From NCBI RefSeq assembly GCF_032055105.1, contig NZ_DAMBRK010000002.1, forward strand, positions 113,646-177,645: a stretch of DNA of 64,000 nt, in the 5' to 3' direction. The notes under the pieces are model-generated. The model was not told the origin of the DNA. It did no database searches and worked only from the letters and a program-made list of their open reading frames with translations. Made by a program: the position numbers and the translations under genes. Below are positions 27,816 to 37,335 of the stretch, piece by piece; within the stretch, counting starts at the first letter, position 1, and every line of letters begins with the position of its first letter. This stretch comes from Epilithonimonas sp. Its GTDB lineage: Bacteria; Bacteroidota; Bacteroidia; Flavobacteriales; Weeksellaceae.

Positions 27816-28574
27816 TTACAAGTCCTTACCGAGAAAATACAATCCTTTCAAAGTATGTAATCTGTCACCAATGTTGATTTTATCAGTCAAAGGTTTATAA
27901 ACGTGACTCACACCGCCTGTTGCAATTACAAAACAATCGTCATTAACCTCATCATTAATTCTATCAATAAAACCTTCTACCATCCCCAGATAACCATAAA
28001 CCATTCCGCTTTGCATACAAGTAATCGTATCCAGTCCCAAAACTGATTTTGGTTTCACCAATTCGATTTCTGGTAGTTGAGCAGTTCCTTTTATCAAACT
28101 GTTAAGAGACGTGATAATTCCAGGCGCAATAATTACACCAAGTGATTCTCCATTTTCAGCTAAACAACTTGCGGTAAGAGCCGTTCCGAAATCCAAAATA
28201 ATTTTCTTCTGACTTGGGTAAAGATGATGCGCCGCAACAAGATTGGCGTAGATATCCGTTCCTACTTGTTTAGATTTGGGAGTTACTGCAGAAGGTGTAT
28301 TTCTATCAACAATGATTGGTACTTTTTGATGAATTTTCTTAACAGCACTGCTCACCACTTTTGTTAATTGAGGAACAACAGAGCCAATGATAATTTTATC
28401 AATTTTATCAACTTCAATTTTGTAAGTCTGATAAAGCATCAGAATCTGAACAAAAAGTTCATCCGTCGTCTTGTAAGGTTTTGTATTGATGACCCAAGAG
28501 ATATCACAATTGTCACCATCGAACAATCCGAAACGGATATTGGTATTACCTATATTAATTACGATGCTGTTCAT
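27816..28574 (-). CDS. coaX: Type III pantothenate kinase
   Basis: IGNTNIRFG N-terminus, DFGTA and ATGG motifs. 252 aa. Confidence 0.85.
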   Translation of the reverse strand: MNSIVINIGNTNIRFGLFDGDNCDISWVINTKPYKTTDELFVQILMLYQTYKIEVDKIDKIIIGSVVPQLTKVVSSAVKKIHQKVPIIVDRNTPSAVTPKSKQVGTDIYANLVAAHHLYPSQKKIILDFGTALTASCLAENGESLGVIIAPGIITSLNSLIKGTAQLPEIELVKPKSVLGLDTITCMQSGMVYGYLGMVEGFIDRINDEVNDDCFVIATGGVSHVYKPLTDKINIGDRLHTLKGLYFLGKDL

Positions 28575-28710
28575 TATTTTCTTAATTTCAGATTTAATTT
28601 CAAAAACCAGGTTTTGCCACGTTCCATAGGTTTCACCTACGGCTACTGATATTGAATCCTTCGGATTCTCCTCGACTTGCTTCTTTTAACTTTATTATTG
28701 TCTCTTGAAT

Positions 28711-30570
28711 TTACTTCACTTCCAAATAATTATCCTCAGTATTCACGTCTGCTAATCTTTGGCTGAAATCAATTCCCATTGCTGACAACTGAGATTTGGT
28801 ATAAGGAATCGTAAAGCTATATTCCTGCTGAGTCCAAGCCCAAAATGGCAAAGTCTGAATGTTACCATAAATATCTTTGGTTTTCCAAACTCTGGTCAGA
28901 TTCAATGGGATGTTATAATTGATAACTTTTTTGTCTTTTGTCAAAATACTGAAGTCAATCGGCATTGGAACACCTCCTTTATTCACCAAAGTAATTGTGG
29001 TAGATTGTGGATCATATTTCACATTCTTGATACCGTAATCAATAGTTTTGGTTGTATTAATCCAATAATGCTGAAACCATTTCAAATCCATTCCTGAAAT
29101 CAATTGCGCAATATGAATGAAATCTCTTTCTGTTGGATGTTTCATTGCCCACTCGTCATAATATTTCAGCATAATTTTGCTCAGATTTTCTTCTCCAACA
29201 ATGTAACCTAATTCCACCAAAAACGTCTCTCCTTTGATGTAACTTGCATAAGTATAAGCCGTTCCATTATCGTGATGGTCACCCAACCAAACTGCAGGTT
29301 CTTCTTTGCCCGATTTTGCGAAATTAGCATACGCTTTCAAAGCACCAACAAATGGATTCGGTTGTGATTCTCTTGGCGGGAATAATCTGTAAGAAACAAA
29401 ATCTTCTGCATACTGCGTAAAGCCTTCATCCATCCAAGGTCTCACACTTTCGTTGGTTGCCAACATCTGCTGAAACCAAGAATGCGCACCTTCGTGGAAC
29501 ATCAATCCGGAAAGTCCTTCTACTGAATTTGCTTCGCCTAAAATCATCGTACACATTCCATATTCCATTCCGCCATCACCACCTTGTATGAATGAATAAC
29601 TAGGCCATTTGTAACGTCCAAAAGTCGCATTCATCAATTGGTAATACTTGGTGATGTATGGTTTCATTTCCGACCAATATTTTGTTTTTTCAGATTTTTG
29701 GTAAACCAAGTAAACTTTTGGCCCATCCAAAATCGGGAAACTCTCTACCGAATAATCTCTGTCAGCTGCCCAAGCAAAATCCAAAATGTTTTTCGCTGTC
29801 CATTTCCAAGTCACTTTATTAGAAATATCTTGTTTTATCGTTGCACTGCTATCATAACCTTTTACTTCTGTCGGATTTTCGAGATTTCCACCAGCTCCAA
29901 TGACATAATCTTTATCAATTTTGATATTCACTTCGTAATCAGAAAATGGAGCGTGAAATTCTCTTCCAACATAATCAAACGCTGCCCAGCCGTCATAATC
30001 ATATTCAGCGATTTTCGGGTACCATTGCGTCATTGTCATATCGACACCTTCACGGTTGTTTTTTCCAGCTCTTCGGATTTGCATTGGGATATTCGCATCC
30101 CATTCCATTGTAAAAGTGGTGGAAGAATTTGGTTTAATTGCTTCTGCCAAGAAAACCTTCATCACAGTTCCCTGAATCTCGAATTTCAAATCTTTTCCGT
30201 TCTGCTTTATCCAACGGATATTTTGTGCGCCTTCTTCATTTTTAGGAATCTCTGACAATCTGGAAACCACTGTATTCCCCACTCTTTTTGCCAATCTTCC
30301 GTCCGCATTCACACCTTGAGACTGCACACGCTGGTCCATCATAGAACCTGCTTTGAAAGCGTTCCAATACAAATGAAAATAAGCCACTTTCAACTCGTCT
30401 GGCGAATTGTTTTTATAATCCAGAGTCTGTTTTCCTTGATATGTGAAATTGGCAGCATCTACATCAATATCCATTTTGTATTTAGCATACTGCTGGTAAT
30501 AAGGATTTTGCTGAGCCGATAAGATGAGAGAAAAAAGAATTGAGAATAAAGAGAATTTCAGTTTTTTCAT
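28711..30570 (-). CDS. M1 family metallopeptidase (secreted)
   Basis: Signal peptide and an HEGAHSWF (HExxH-type) motif followed by a downstream E, typical of gluzincins. Confidence 0.8.
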   Translation of the reverse strand: MKKLKFSLFSILFSLILSAQQNPYYQQYAKYKMDIDVDAANFTYQGKQTLDYKNNSPDELKVAYFHLYWNAFKAGSMMDQRVQSQGVNADGRLAKRVGNTVVSRLSEIPKNEEGAQNIRWIKQNGKDLKFEIQGTVMKVFLAEAIKPNSSTTFTMEWDANIPMQIRRAGKNNREGVDMTMTQWYPKIAEYDYDGWAAFDYVGREFHAPFSDYEVNIKIDKDYVIGAGGNLENPTEVKGYDSSATIKQDISNKVTWKWTAKNILDFAWAADRDYSVESFPILDGPKVYLVYQKSEKTKYWSEMKPYITKYYQLMNATFGRYKWPSYSFIQGGDGGMEYGMCTMILGEANSVEGLSGLMFHEGAHSWFQQMLATNESVRPWMDEGFTQYAEDFVSYRLFPPRESQPNPFVGALKAYANFAKSGKEEPAVWLGDHHDNGTAYTYASYIKGETFLVELGYIVGEENLSKIMLKYYDEWAMKHPTERDFIHIAQLISGMDLKWFQHYWINTTKTIDYGIKNVKYDPQSTTITLVNKGGVPMPIDFSILTKDKKVINYNIPLNLTRVWKTKDIYGNIQTLPFWAWTQQEYSFTIPYTKSQLSAMGIDFSQRLADVNTEDNYLEVK

Positions 30571-30613
30571 AGATTTATGATTAAACCTAAAAGGTTTGTT
30601 ATAATAATTTTAC

Positions 30614-30621
30614 CAAAAATA
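30614..30621 (-). promoter_or_regulatory. Candidate -7 element (TATTTTTG) for the M1 peptidase gene
   Basis: Minus-strand match about 44 nt upstream of the ATG. Confidence 0.3.
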
Positions 30622-30669
30622 CTAAGTTTTTGTTGAATGGCAAGTTTCATACAAAATCAAAATTTAATT

Positions 30670-30701
30670 CTTACGTATTAATTTTTTATATTTGTACGTA
30701 A
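30670..30701 (+). promoter_or_regulatory. Candidate TA-operon promoter/operator: two TACGTA palindromes flanking a TATATTTG -7 box
   Basis: TTACGTA at 30671-30677, TACGTAA at 30695-30701 and TATATTTG at 30687-30694. The antitoxin ATG is at 30712. Confidence 0.45.
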
Positions 30702-30711
30702 AATTGTTTTT

Positions 30712-30966
30712 ATGGATTCCAAACTCACTTTAAAATTAAATGAAAACGTTATCGAACGAGCTAAAACTTATGCATCTAAAAAGAAGGTTAGCTTATCGAG
30801 GCTTATTGAAAATTATCTTGATTCAATTACTCGTGAACAAAATGATGATTTTGAGATTTCACCGTTTGTGAAAAGCATCTCCAGTGGAAAAAGTGTGCCT
30901 GCAAATTTGGATTGGAAAAACCTAAGAGATGAATATGCAGACAATTTGGATAAAAAATATCAGTAG
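30712..30966 (+). CDS. Antitoxin, DUF6364-like (partner of PIN toxin)
   Basis: 84 aa. The N-terminus MDSKLTLKLNENVIERAKTYASKKKVSLSRLIENYL is typical of Bacteroidota PIN-associated antitoxins. The stop is directly adjacent to the PIN gene ATG. Confidence 0.7.
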   Translation: MDSKLTLKLNENVIERAKTYASKKKVSLSRLIENYLDSITREQNDDFEISPFVKSISSGKSVPANLDWKNLRDEYADNLDKKYQ

Positions 30967-31383
30967 ATGAAAAAGGTATTTTTGGACACCAATATTATCA
31001 TAGATTTTCTTGGAGAAAGAGAAGGTTTTTATGAATCATCCGCAAAAATTATGACTTTAGCGGATAAGAAGAAAATCCAAGTTTACACTTCACCAAGTTC
31101 TATTTCTAATGTTTTTTATGTCTTGGCAAAATATGAAAATTCCAAAATTGCATTAGAGAAAATTAGGAAATTCAAGCTTTTATGTTCGATGTCAGTGATG
31201 GATGACGAAGTGGTGGAGAAAGCTATTCATTCTGATTTCAAAGATTTTGAAGATGCAATGCAATATTTCAGTGCGCTGGCTTCTAATTGTAATGTCATCA
31301 TCACCAGAAACGAAAAGGATTTTAAAAATGCTCTAATTCCTGTGATGAATGCTGAGGAATTTTTACAGACATTAAAAAAGTAA
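30967..31383 (+). CDS. PIN domain toxin (VapC-like ribonuclease)
   Basis: VFLDTNIIIDFL N-terminal acidic motif and downstream D/E residues (FEDA). 138 aa. Confidence 0.8.
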   Translation: MKKVFLDTNIIIDFLGEREGFYESSAKIMTLADKKKIQVYTSPSSISNVFYVLAKYENSKIALEKIRKFKLLCSMSVMDDEVVEKAIHSDFKDFEDAMQYFSALASNCNVIITRNEKDFKNALIPVMNAEEFLQTLKK

Positions 31384-31664
31384 TTAGTATTAAACAAAAA
31401 TCTTAAGACCCAAATAAAAGTTATTACTTAACATAAAATTCAACGATTAATACTTCTTTAAATTCAACTTTACTCAATCTCAACTTAAAAATCATATCGT
31501 CTATTCATAATAACTTTTGGGAAAACTAAAACTTGAAATTAATCAACCAAAAAAAACTCAACAAACTGATATTAAGCACCATCAACCATTCAAAGCATTG
31601 AAATAAATGTCAATTTTACGTTTATTTTATTTTTCTATATTTAGATAAATCAATATTCGAGTTT

Positions 31665-32792
31665 ATGAGACAATGCCTTATCATATTTAGTGTTTTAATT
31701 TATTCCGTTAGTTTTTCTCAGAATGTGAAGTTCAAAGATGCTTATTCCAAAGCGTTCAAAATCGGAACTGCTGTGAACCACGACATCGTGAGCGGAAAAG
31801 ATAAAAAACAACAGGCTATTGTTCTGAAACACTTCAACACCATCACGCCAGAAAACTGTATGAAAGCTGAAGTTGTGAATCCACTTCCCGGGAAATTCGA
31901 TTTTTCGCAGGCGGATGCTTTTGTGGAATTTGGTTTGAAAAATAAGATGTTTATCTTAGGGCATACTTTGGTTTGGAAAAATCAAACGCCGGACTGGTTC
32001 TTTAAAAATGAAGATGGAACTCAAAAAACCAAAGAGCAAACCAAAGAGCGTCTGCACGACCATATCAAACTAGTAGCAAGCCGATATGCCGGAAAAGTTC
32101 AAGCTTGGGATGTTGTGAACGAAGTGATTGATGATGATGGTAGCTATCGAAACGAAGGATGGGTAAAAGGTATTGGCGACGGCGATGAGCTGATGAGATT
32201 GTCTTTCCAATATGCTGCTAAATATTCTCCAAATACAGAACTATATTACAACGATTTCAACGCGTGGCGACCAGAGAAAGTGAAAGGTATTGTACGAATG
32301 GTAAAAATGTTACAAGCTGCCGGAATCCGAATTGATGGCATCGGAATCCAAGGTCATTGGGGATTGAATTATCCAAAAAATCAATATATCGAAGATGCTA
32401 TCGATGCTTACGCGGCTTGTGGAATCAAAGTGATGATTACGGAAATCGATGTGGATGTTTTGCCTGTGACAAAGGAAGGACAAATCATTGGTCAGGCATT
32501 TTTGCACAAGCAGTTTCAGAATGAGGAATTCAAAACTTATCTTGACCCTTACACCAATGGATTGCCAAAAGATATGGACGAACAACTAGCCAATCGATAT
32601 GCGGAATTGTTCCAAATTTTCTACAAAAAAAGAGATAAACTGGACCGCGTTACAACGTGGGGAATCAAGGATGAAATGTCCTGGAAAAACGATTATCCAA
32701 TTCCTGGAAGAACCAATTACCCATTACTTTGGAACAGAAATGGAAATCCGAAAAAAGCTTTGTTGAAAGTGCTTGAAGTTCCTAAGAAATAG
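31665..32792 (+). CDS. Endo-1,4-beta-xylanase, glycoside hydrolase family 10
   Basis: Signal peptide plus the GH10 catalytic motifs WDVVNE (acid/base) and ITEIDV (nucleophile). Confidence 0.85.
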   Translation: MRQCLIIFSVLIYSVSFSQNVKFKDAYSKAFKIGTAVNHDIVSGKDKKQQAIVLKHFNTITPENCMKAEVVNPLPGKFDFSQADAFVEFGLKNKMFILGHTLVWKNQTPDWFFKNEDGTQKTKEQTKERLHDHIKLVASRYAGKVQAWDVVNEVIDDDGSYRNEGWVKGIGDGDELMRLSFQYAAKYSPNTELYYNDFNAWRPEKVKGIVRMVKMLQAAGIRIDGIGIQGHWGLNYPKNQYIEDAIDAYAACGIKVMITEIDVDVLPVTKEGQIIGQAFLHKQFQNEEFKTYLDPYTNGLPKDMDEQLANRYAELFQIFYKKRDKLDRVTTWGIKDEMSWKNDYPIPGRTNYPLLWNRNGNPKKALLKVLEVPKK

Positions 32793-32804
32793 ATTTGTAT
32801 CTCG

Positions 32805-32868
32805 CTGATTTGGCAGATTAAGCAGATTTTTAACGATATTAATCTGCAAAATCAGCTTAATCTGCCAG
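32805..32868. repeat. REP-like palindromic element built from GCAGATT words
   Basis: tggcagattaagc (32811-32823) pairs with gcttaatctgcca (32855-32867). The nested pair is gcagatt with aatctgc. It lies between the convergent GH10 and M14 genes. Confidence 0.65.
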
Positions 32869-32888
32869 AGAATAGTCTTATTTTAAAT

Positions 32889-34601
32889 TTAATTAATCCT
32901 AAAAACCGGATAAAGACGATGCGTCTTTTCGTAATATCTGGAATGCTTGTAAACCCAATCCAGTTGCGCCTCGCCGTCTTCGGCAAATTTCGGATTAATC
33001 GATTTTTCCATTTCGAAAGCGGTTTTCAAAGCTTTATTGTCTTTCAGAAGCTGGCTCCCTGTATCTTCGAAAACGTAAGGCGAATAATATTCTTTCTGAC
33101 CCAACATCGCATCAAAGAAATTCCAGTTGAAATAGGAATCAACGGCTTCTGGTTCCAAAGTTTCTAACAGAAATTTCACACCTTCTTGATTTAACGGAAC
33201 GAAAAAATCGCCAGCTCGAAACTTTACTTTACCAGAATCTTTGGTCACAAATGTGTCGTAATGCAGATAATGACCTTCGTAAGGACTCGGAAGAGTTTTG
33301 AAATCTTTGATTCGGTATTGCTCCACCACAATCGTCGAATCCTGTTTGATTGGAATCATTTTGACTTGGTTGAGTTTCAGCAAATCGATGATTTTCCATT
33401 CGGATTGTGGAATGACATAATAATTTGGAATCGTGATTTCTTTTGCCGGAACATAAGTATTATAAAATTTGACAGACTTTGAAAACTTGGAATTTCTGTC
33501 GTACCAAAGTCTGGTTTTTCCGGAAATATCGCTTGGTTTATATTTGGCTTCAAAACCTTTGAAATCTAGATTTTCATATTTTGTAGAATCGAGTTTCCAA
33601 GCTAAAGCATATCGGTTTCCGACTTTGTATTGTTTCAGATTTTCGGCTCGTTTTTGCTGAATGGTTTTGTAATTTTCATCAATGTAATTCAGATTATCAA
33701 CCATATAATCGTAAGTGACTTTCACACGGTCTTTGTAAGGTTTCAGCATATGCGTTTCCACAACCGTTCCGATGGAATTGAACAAAGTCGTGTAACCCGT
33801 CGCATATCTCGGCGAATCTACAAAAGCAGGAAAACCGCCATCCGGAACATCGCCGTGAATATTGACATAAGGAACAGAAATCACATCTTTTTTCTCCATA
33901 TTTTTTAGAAGCGTTCTCTGCATTTCGTCATTGAAATAATTGCCCAAAACATTTCCCAATCGTTCTTTGTTGGTCGAAATATATGTGAAGGTATATTGAT
34001 AATCTGCACCATTACTAACGTGATTATCAATAAAAACATCAGGTTTCAGCCATTGAAAAATCTGCTGAAAACTTCTGGAATTTTTAGAATCCGTTTTGAT
34101 GAAATCTCGGTTTAAATCATAATTTCGAGCATTTCCACGGAAACCATATTCTTCAGGACCATTTTGATTAGCTCTGGAAAAACTTCCTCGGTTCATCATT
34201 CCGCTGATGTTATAACTTGCAATTGCTGTGAAAATAACGTTCTTCGGCGCTTTGATTCTTCCAGTTGCTAAATCTCTCATTAACATCATTGTTGCATCAA
34301 TTCCGTCTGGTTCTCCTGGATGAATCCCGTTATTGACAAACAAAACCGATTTTCCTTTTCTGGCTTCTTCGAAACTTTGTTTGGTTGGATTGAAAATCAC
34401 AACATCGATTGGTGCGCCGTTGTCATCTTCGCCTTTAGTTTCGTAACTGATTGACGGATATTGTTTTGATAATTCCTGATAGAACTTTCGCATTTCATCA
34501 AAAGTCGTAGTTTGATTACCGTTGCCTTTTTCGTAAGGTGTTTGGATTTGAGAATAGCCGAAAACCGAAATTAGGATGAATAGGATGGAGAGATTTTTCA
34601 T
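32889..34601 (-). CDS. M14 family zinc carboxypeptidase (secreted)
   Basis: Signal peptide, NNGIHPGEPDG (HxxE zinc site) and NRDFIK motifs. Confidence 0.8.
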   Translation of the reverse strand: MKNLSILFILISVFGYSQIQTPYEKGNGNQTTTFDEMRKFYQELSKQYPSISYETKGEDDNGAPIDVVIFNPTKQSFEEARKGKSVLFVNNGIHPGEPDGIDATMMLMRDLATGRIKAPKNVIFTAIASYNISGMMNRGSFSRANQNGPEEYGFRGNARNYDLNRDFIKTDSKNSRSFQQIFQWLKPDVFIDNHVSNGADYQYTFTYISTNKERLGNVLGNYFNDEMQRTLLKNMEKKDVISVPYVNIHGDVPDGGFPAFVDSPRYATGYTTLFNSIGTVVETHMLKPYKDRVKVTYDYMVDNLNYIDENYKTIQQKRAENLKQYKVGNRYALAWKLDSTKYENLDFKGFEAKYKPSDISGKTRLWYDRNSKFSKSVKFYNTYVPAKEITIPNYYVIPQSEWKIIDLLKLNQVKMIPIKQDSTIVVEQYRIKDFKTLPSPYEGHYLHYDTFVTKDSGKVKFRAGDFFVPLNQEGVKFLLETLEPEAVDSYFNWNFFDAMLGQKEYYSPYVFEDTGSQLLKDNKALKTAFEMEKSINPKFAEDGEAQLDWVYKHSRYYEKTHRLYPVFRIN

Positions 34602-34636
34602 AGTACAAATGTAAAGAATCGGATGATAAATTTTTA

Positions 34637-34644
34637 TAAATTTG
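34637..34644 (+). promoter_or_regulatory. Candidate -7 element (TAAATTTG) for the lipoprotein gene
   Basis: Exact match 13 nt upstream of the ATG at 34657. Confidence 0.3.
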
Positions 34645-34656
34645 AGAAAAGCTATT

Positions 34657-35457
34657 ATGGCAAAGACTTTTTATTTTTTATTGATTTCATTTTTATTAAT
34701 GAGTTGCTCAAAAGAAAAAACTTTTGCAGATGATATTGTGTTGACTTTTCCGAAAGAAACCAAAATGAAAACTCAGGAATTCAATGAAGACAGTAATGAA
34801 GAAGGAGAAAATTTGATTTATATCGGGAAAATCAAATCTAATATTGATGTTAAATATTACCGGAATCTTTTAGAACCTCCGCCTCCGCCTCCATATTTTA
34901 GTGAGTCTGAGAAAGACTATCTTCTTAGAATGCAAAAATTGGAAGATTCCATTCAAAAAGATAAAAATCCTTTCTTTAGAAACGAGAAATTTCCATTTTT
35001 ATATTCTAAAAATGATAATTCTTTGGACTCATTATCAAATAAAAATCTTCAATTCATTGTTAAAGAAAATGATACTATTCCACTTTACAAGGAAGATTAC
35101 GATACAAAAGTCATTAAGAAATATTATGCTTTTCCTGTTTTTATTAAAAATATTTGTGATAAAATCTTAAGAATTCCGACCGAATCGAAAAGTACAGCTT
35201 TATATATTTATGATGATAATTTAGAAAAGTTTTATTTTACAAGAAACAGCAATTATATGATTTGTGGGATTGGAAGCGATTCTTATTCTTATTTTGAATT
35301 AAAACCAAATGAGATTTTAATTTACGCTTATCCTTATTTTAAATCAGGAACAAAACGAAAAGCAAAAATGAAATTTTACAATGCCTCTTCTAAAGAATTT
35401 GAAATTTCTATTGATGAGAACATTATAAAAAATCAAAGAGATAAACGTTATGAATAA
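34657..35457 (+). CDS. Hypothetical lipoprotein
   Basis: ATG at 34657 (MAKTFYFLLISFLLMSCSKEK lipobox). Contains a PPPPPP stretch. No recognisable domain. Confidence 0.5.
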   Translation: MAKTFYFLLISFLLMSCSKEKTFADDIVLTFPKETKMKTQEFNEDSNEEGENLIYIGKIKSNIDVKYYRNLLEPPPPPPYFSESEKDYLLRMQKLEDSIQKDKNPFFRNEKFPFLYSKNDNSLDSLSNKNLQFIVKENDTIPLYKEDYDTKVIKKYYAFPVFIKNICDKILRIPTESKSTALYIYDDNLEKFYFTRNSNYMICGIGSDSYSYFELKPNEILIYAYPYFKSGTKRKAKMKFYNASSKEFEISIDENIIKNQRDKRYE

Positions 35458-35461
35458 AAAA

Positions 35462-35485
35462 ATCCACAGAAAAATTCCTGTGGAT
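35462..35485. terminator. Bidirectional hairpin between the lipoprotein gene (+) and lepA (-)
   Basis: The stem pairs atccacag with ctgtggat around an 8-nt loop. It is preceded by an A-run. Confidence 0.55.
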
Positions 35486-35511
35486 TATATCTATTAAAGA
35501 TTGAATTAGTT

Positions 35512-37308
35512 CTAATCGTTAAGTTTCAAAACAGCCATAAATGCTGATTGAGGAACTTCTACACGACCAATTTGTTTCATCTTTTTCTTACCTTCTTTCT
35601 GCTTTTCGAGAAGTTTACGCTTTCTGGAAATATCACCTCCGTAACATTTTGCAGTCACATCTTTTCTTAAAGCTTTAATAGTTTCTCTAGCGATAACTTT
35701 CGTCCCAAGAGCTGCTTGAACAGCAATATCAAACTGTTGTCTCGGAATCAATTCACGAAGTTTTTCACACATTTTTTTACCAATGTGATAAGCGTTGGAA
35801 TCGTGAATCAATGAAGATAATGCATCTACCATGTCTCCGTTGATCAAGATGTCCATTTTCACCAACTTAGAAGCTCGGAAACCAATCGGATGATAATCAA
35901 AAGACGCATAACCTTTGGAAATTGATTTCAATCTATCATAGAAATCGAAAACAACTTCTGCCAAAGGCATATTGAAAACTAACTCTACTCTTTCAGAAGT
36001 TAAATAACTTTGGTTTACTATTTCGCCACGCTTCTCGATACAAAGTGTCATAACTGGACCAACAAAATCGGATTTTGTAATGATAGATGCTTTGATGAAA
36101 GGTTCTTCTACACGATCCATTGTTGTAGGATCCATCATTTCAGACGGATTATTAATCAAGATTGCCGTTTCTGGTTCTTTTTTGGAATATCCGTGATAAG
36201 AAACGTTGGGAACTGTTGTAATAACGTTCATATTGAACTCTCTATCCAAACGCTCCTGGACGATTTCCATATGCAACATTCCTAAGAATCCACAACGGAA
36301 ACCAAAACCAAGCGCCGCAGAACTTTCCGGTTCGAAAACTAGAGAAGCATCATTCAATCTTAATTTTTCTAAAGAGAATCTCAACTCTTCAAAATCCTCA
36401 GACTCGATAGGATAAATCCCTGCAAAAACCATTGGCTTTACTTCTTCAAAACCTTCTATAGGAGCTGCCGCTGGCTTATCAAAAGAAGTAATTGTGTCAC
36501 CAACTTTTACTTCACGAGCATCTTTGATTCCAGAAATAATATAACCTACATCACCACATTCTATGGTTTTCTTCGGAACTTGTTTCAGTTTCAAAGTCCC
36601 AACTTCATCAGCGCCATATTCTTTGCCTGTTGCAAAGAATTTAATTTTTTCGTTTTTAGAAATACTTCCGTTGACCACTTTGAAATAAGCTTCAATTCCT
36701 CTGAAAGGATTGTAAACCGAATCAAAAATCAAAGCTTGAAGTGGAGCTTCTGGATCTCCAACTGGTGCAGGAATTCTTTCCACAATTTGTTCTAACAAAT
36801 TATGAACACCTTCTCCCGTTTTTCCAGACACTCTCAAAACATCTTCATATTCGCATCCGATAAGATTCATAATCTCATCTGTCACTTCTTCTGGGTTTGC
36901 AGAAGGTAAATCGATTTTATTAAGAATAGGAATAATCGTTAAATCATTCTCTAAAGCTAAATATAGATTGGAAATAGTCTGTGCCTGGATACTTTGTGCC
37001 GCATCTACTATCAAAAGAGCTCCTTCGCAAGCCGCAATGGAACGAGAAACTTCGTAAGAAAAATCTACGTGCCCCGGTGTATCGATAAGATTAAGGACAA
37101 ATTTTTCTCCTTTATATTCATAATCCATTTGAATCGCGTGAGACTTGATCGTAATTCCACGTTCTTTTTCCAAATCCATGTCATCCAGAGTCTGCGACTG
37201 CAATTCTCTTTGGGTAACAGTGTTGGTATATTCTAAAAGACGATCTGCCAATGTACTCTTACCGTGATCGATATGTGCAATGATGCAGAAATTCCTGATA
37301 TTTTTCAT
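35512..37308 (-). CDS. lepA: Translation elongation factor 4
   Basis: GTPase motifs [14 protein letters not shown] and NKID, plus the LepA C-terminal domain. 598 aa. Confidence 0.95.
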   Translation of the reverse strand: MKNIRNFCIIAHIDHGKSTLADRLLEYTNTVTQRELQSQTLDDMDLEKERGITIKSHAIQMDYEYKGEKFVLNLIDTPGHVDFSYEVSRSIAACEGALLIVDAAQSIQAQTISNLYLALENDLTIIPILNKIDLPSANPEEVTDEIMNLIGCEYEDVLRVSGKTGEGVHNLLEQIVERIPAPVGDPEAPLQALIFDSVYNPFRGIEAYFKVVNGSISKNEKIKFFATGKEYGADEVGTLKLKQVPKKTIECGDVGYIISGIKDAREVKVGDTITSFDKPAAAPIEGFEEVKPMVFAGIYPIESEDFEELRFSLEKLRLNDASLVFEPESSAALGFGFRCGFLGMLHMEIVQERLDREFNMNVITTVPNVSYHGYSKKEPETAILINNPSEMMDPTTMDRVEEPFIKASIITKSDFVGPVMTLCIEKRGEIVNQSYLTSERVELVFNMPLAEVVFDFYDRLKSISKGYASFDYHPIGFRASKLVKMDILINGDMVDALSSLIHDSNAYHIGKKMCEKLRELIPRQQFDIAVQAALGTKVIARETIKALRKDVTAKCYGGDISRKRKLLEKQKEGKKKMKQIGRVEVPQSAFMAVLKLND

Positions 37309-37327
37309 TTAAAATCCTTGTAATTTG

Positions 37328-37335
37328 CAAAAATA
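37328..37335 (-). promoter_or_regulatory. Candidate -7 element (TATTTTTG) for lepA
   Basis: Minus-strand match 20 nt upstream of the lepA ATG. Confidence 0.35.

Noticed and set aside
28575-28710. Possible SRP (4.5S) RNA, suggested by a GAAUCC-GAA-GGAUUC hairpin and a nearby AGUAGCC resembling the AGCAGCC of domain IV.
   Set aside because: The stem is a perfect 6-bp helix without the conserved symmetric and asymmetric loops. There is no 5'/3' closing helix, and a second independent hairpin follows. The architecture does not fit SRP RNA, so I kept it only as an unassigned structured spacer.
29638-30255. 205-aa plus-strand ORF inside the M1 peptidase gene.
   Set aside because: It is antisense to a gene with clear gluzincin motifs. 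The product is Phe/Ile/Ser/Cys-rich and non-protein-like.
31607-31648. 13-codon ORF (MSILRLFYFSIFR) just upstream of the xylanase gene, considered as a possible leader peptide.
   Set aside because: It is too short, it sits in AT-rich sequence where such ORFs arise by chance, and there is no attenuator-like alternative structure around it.
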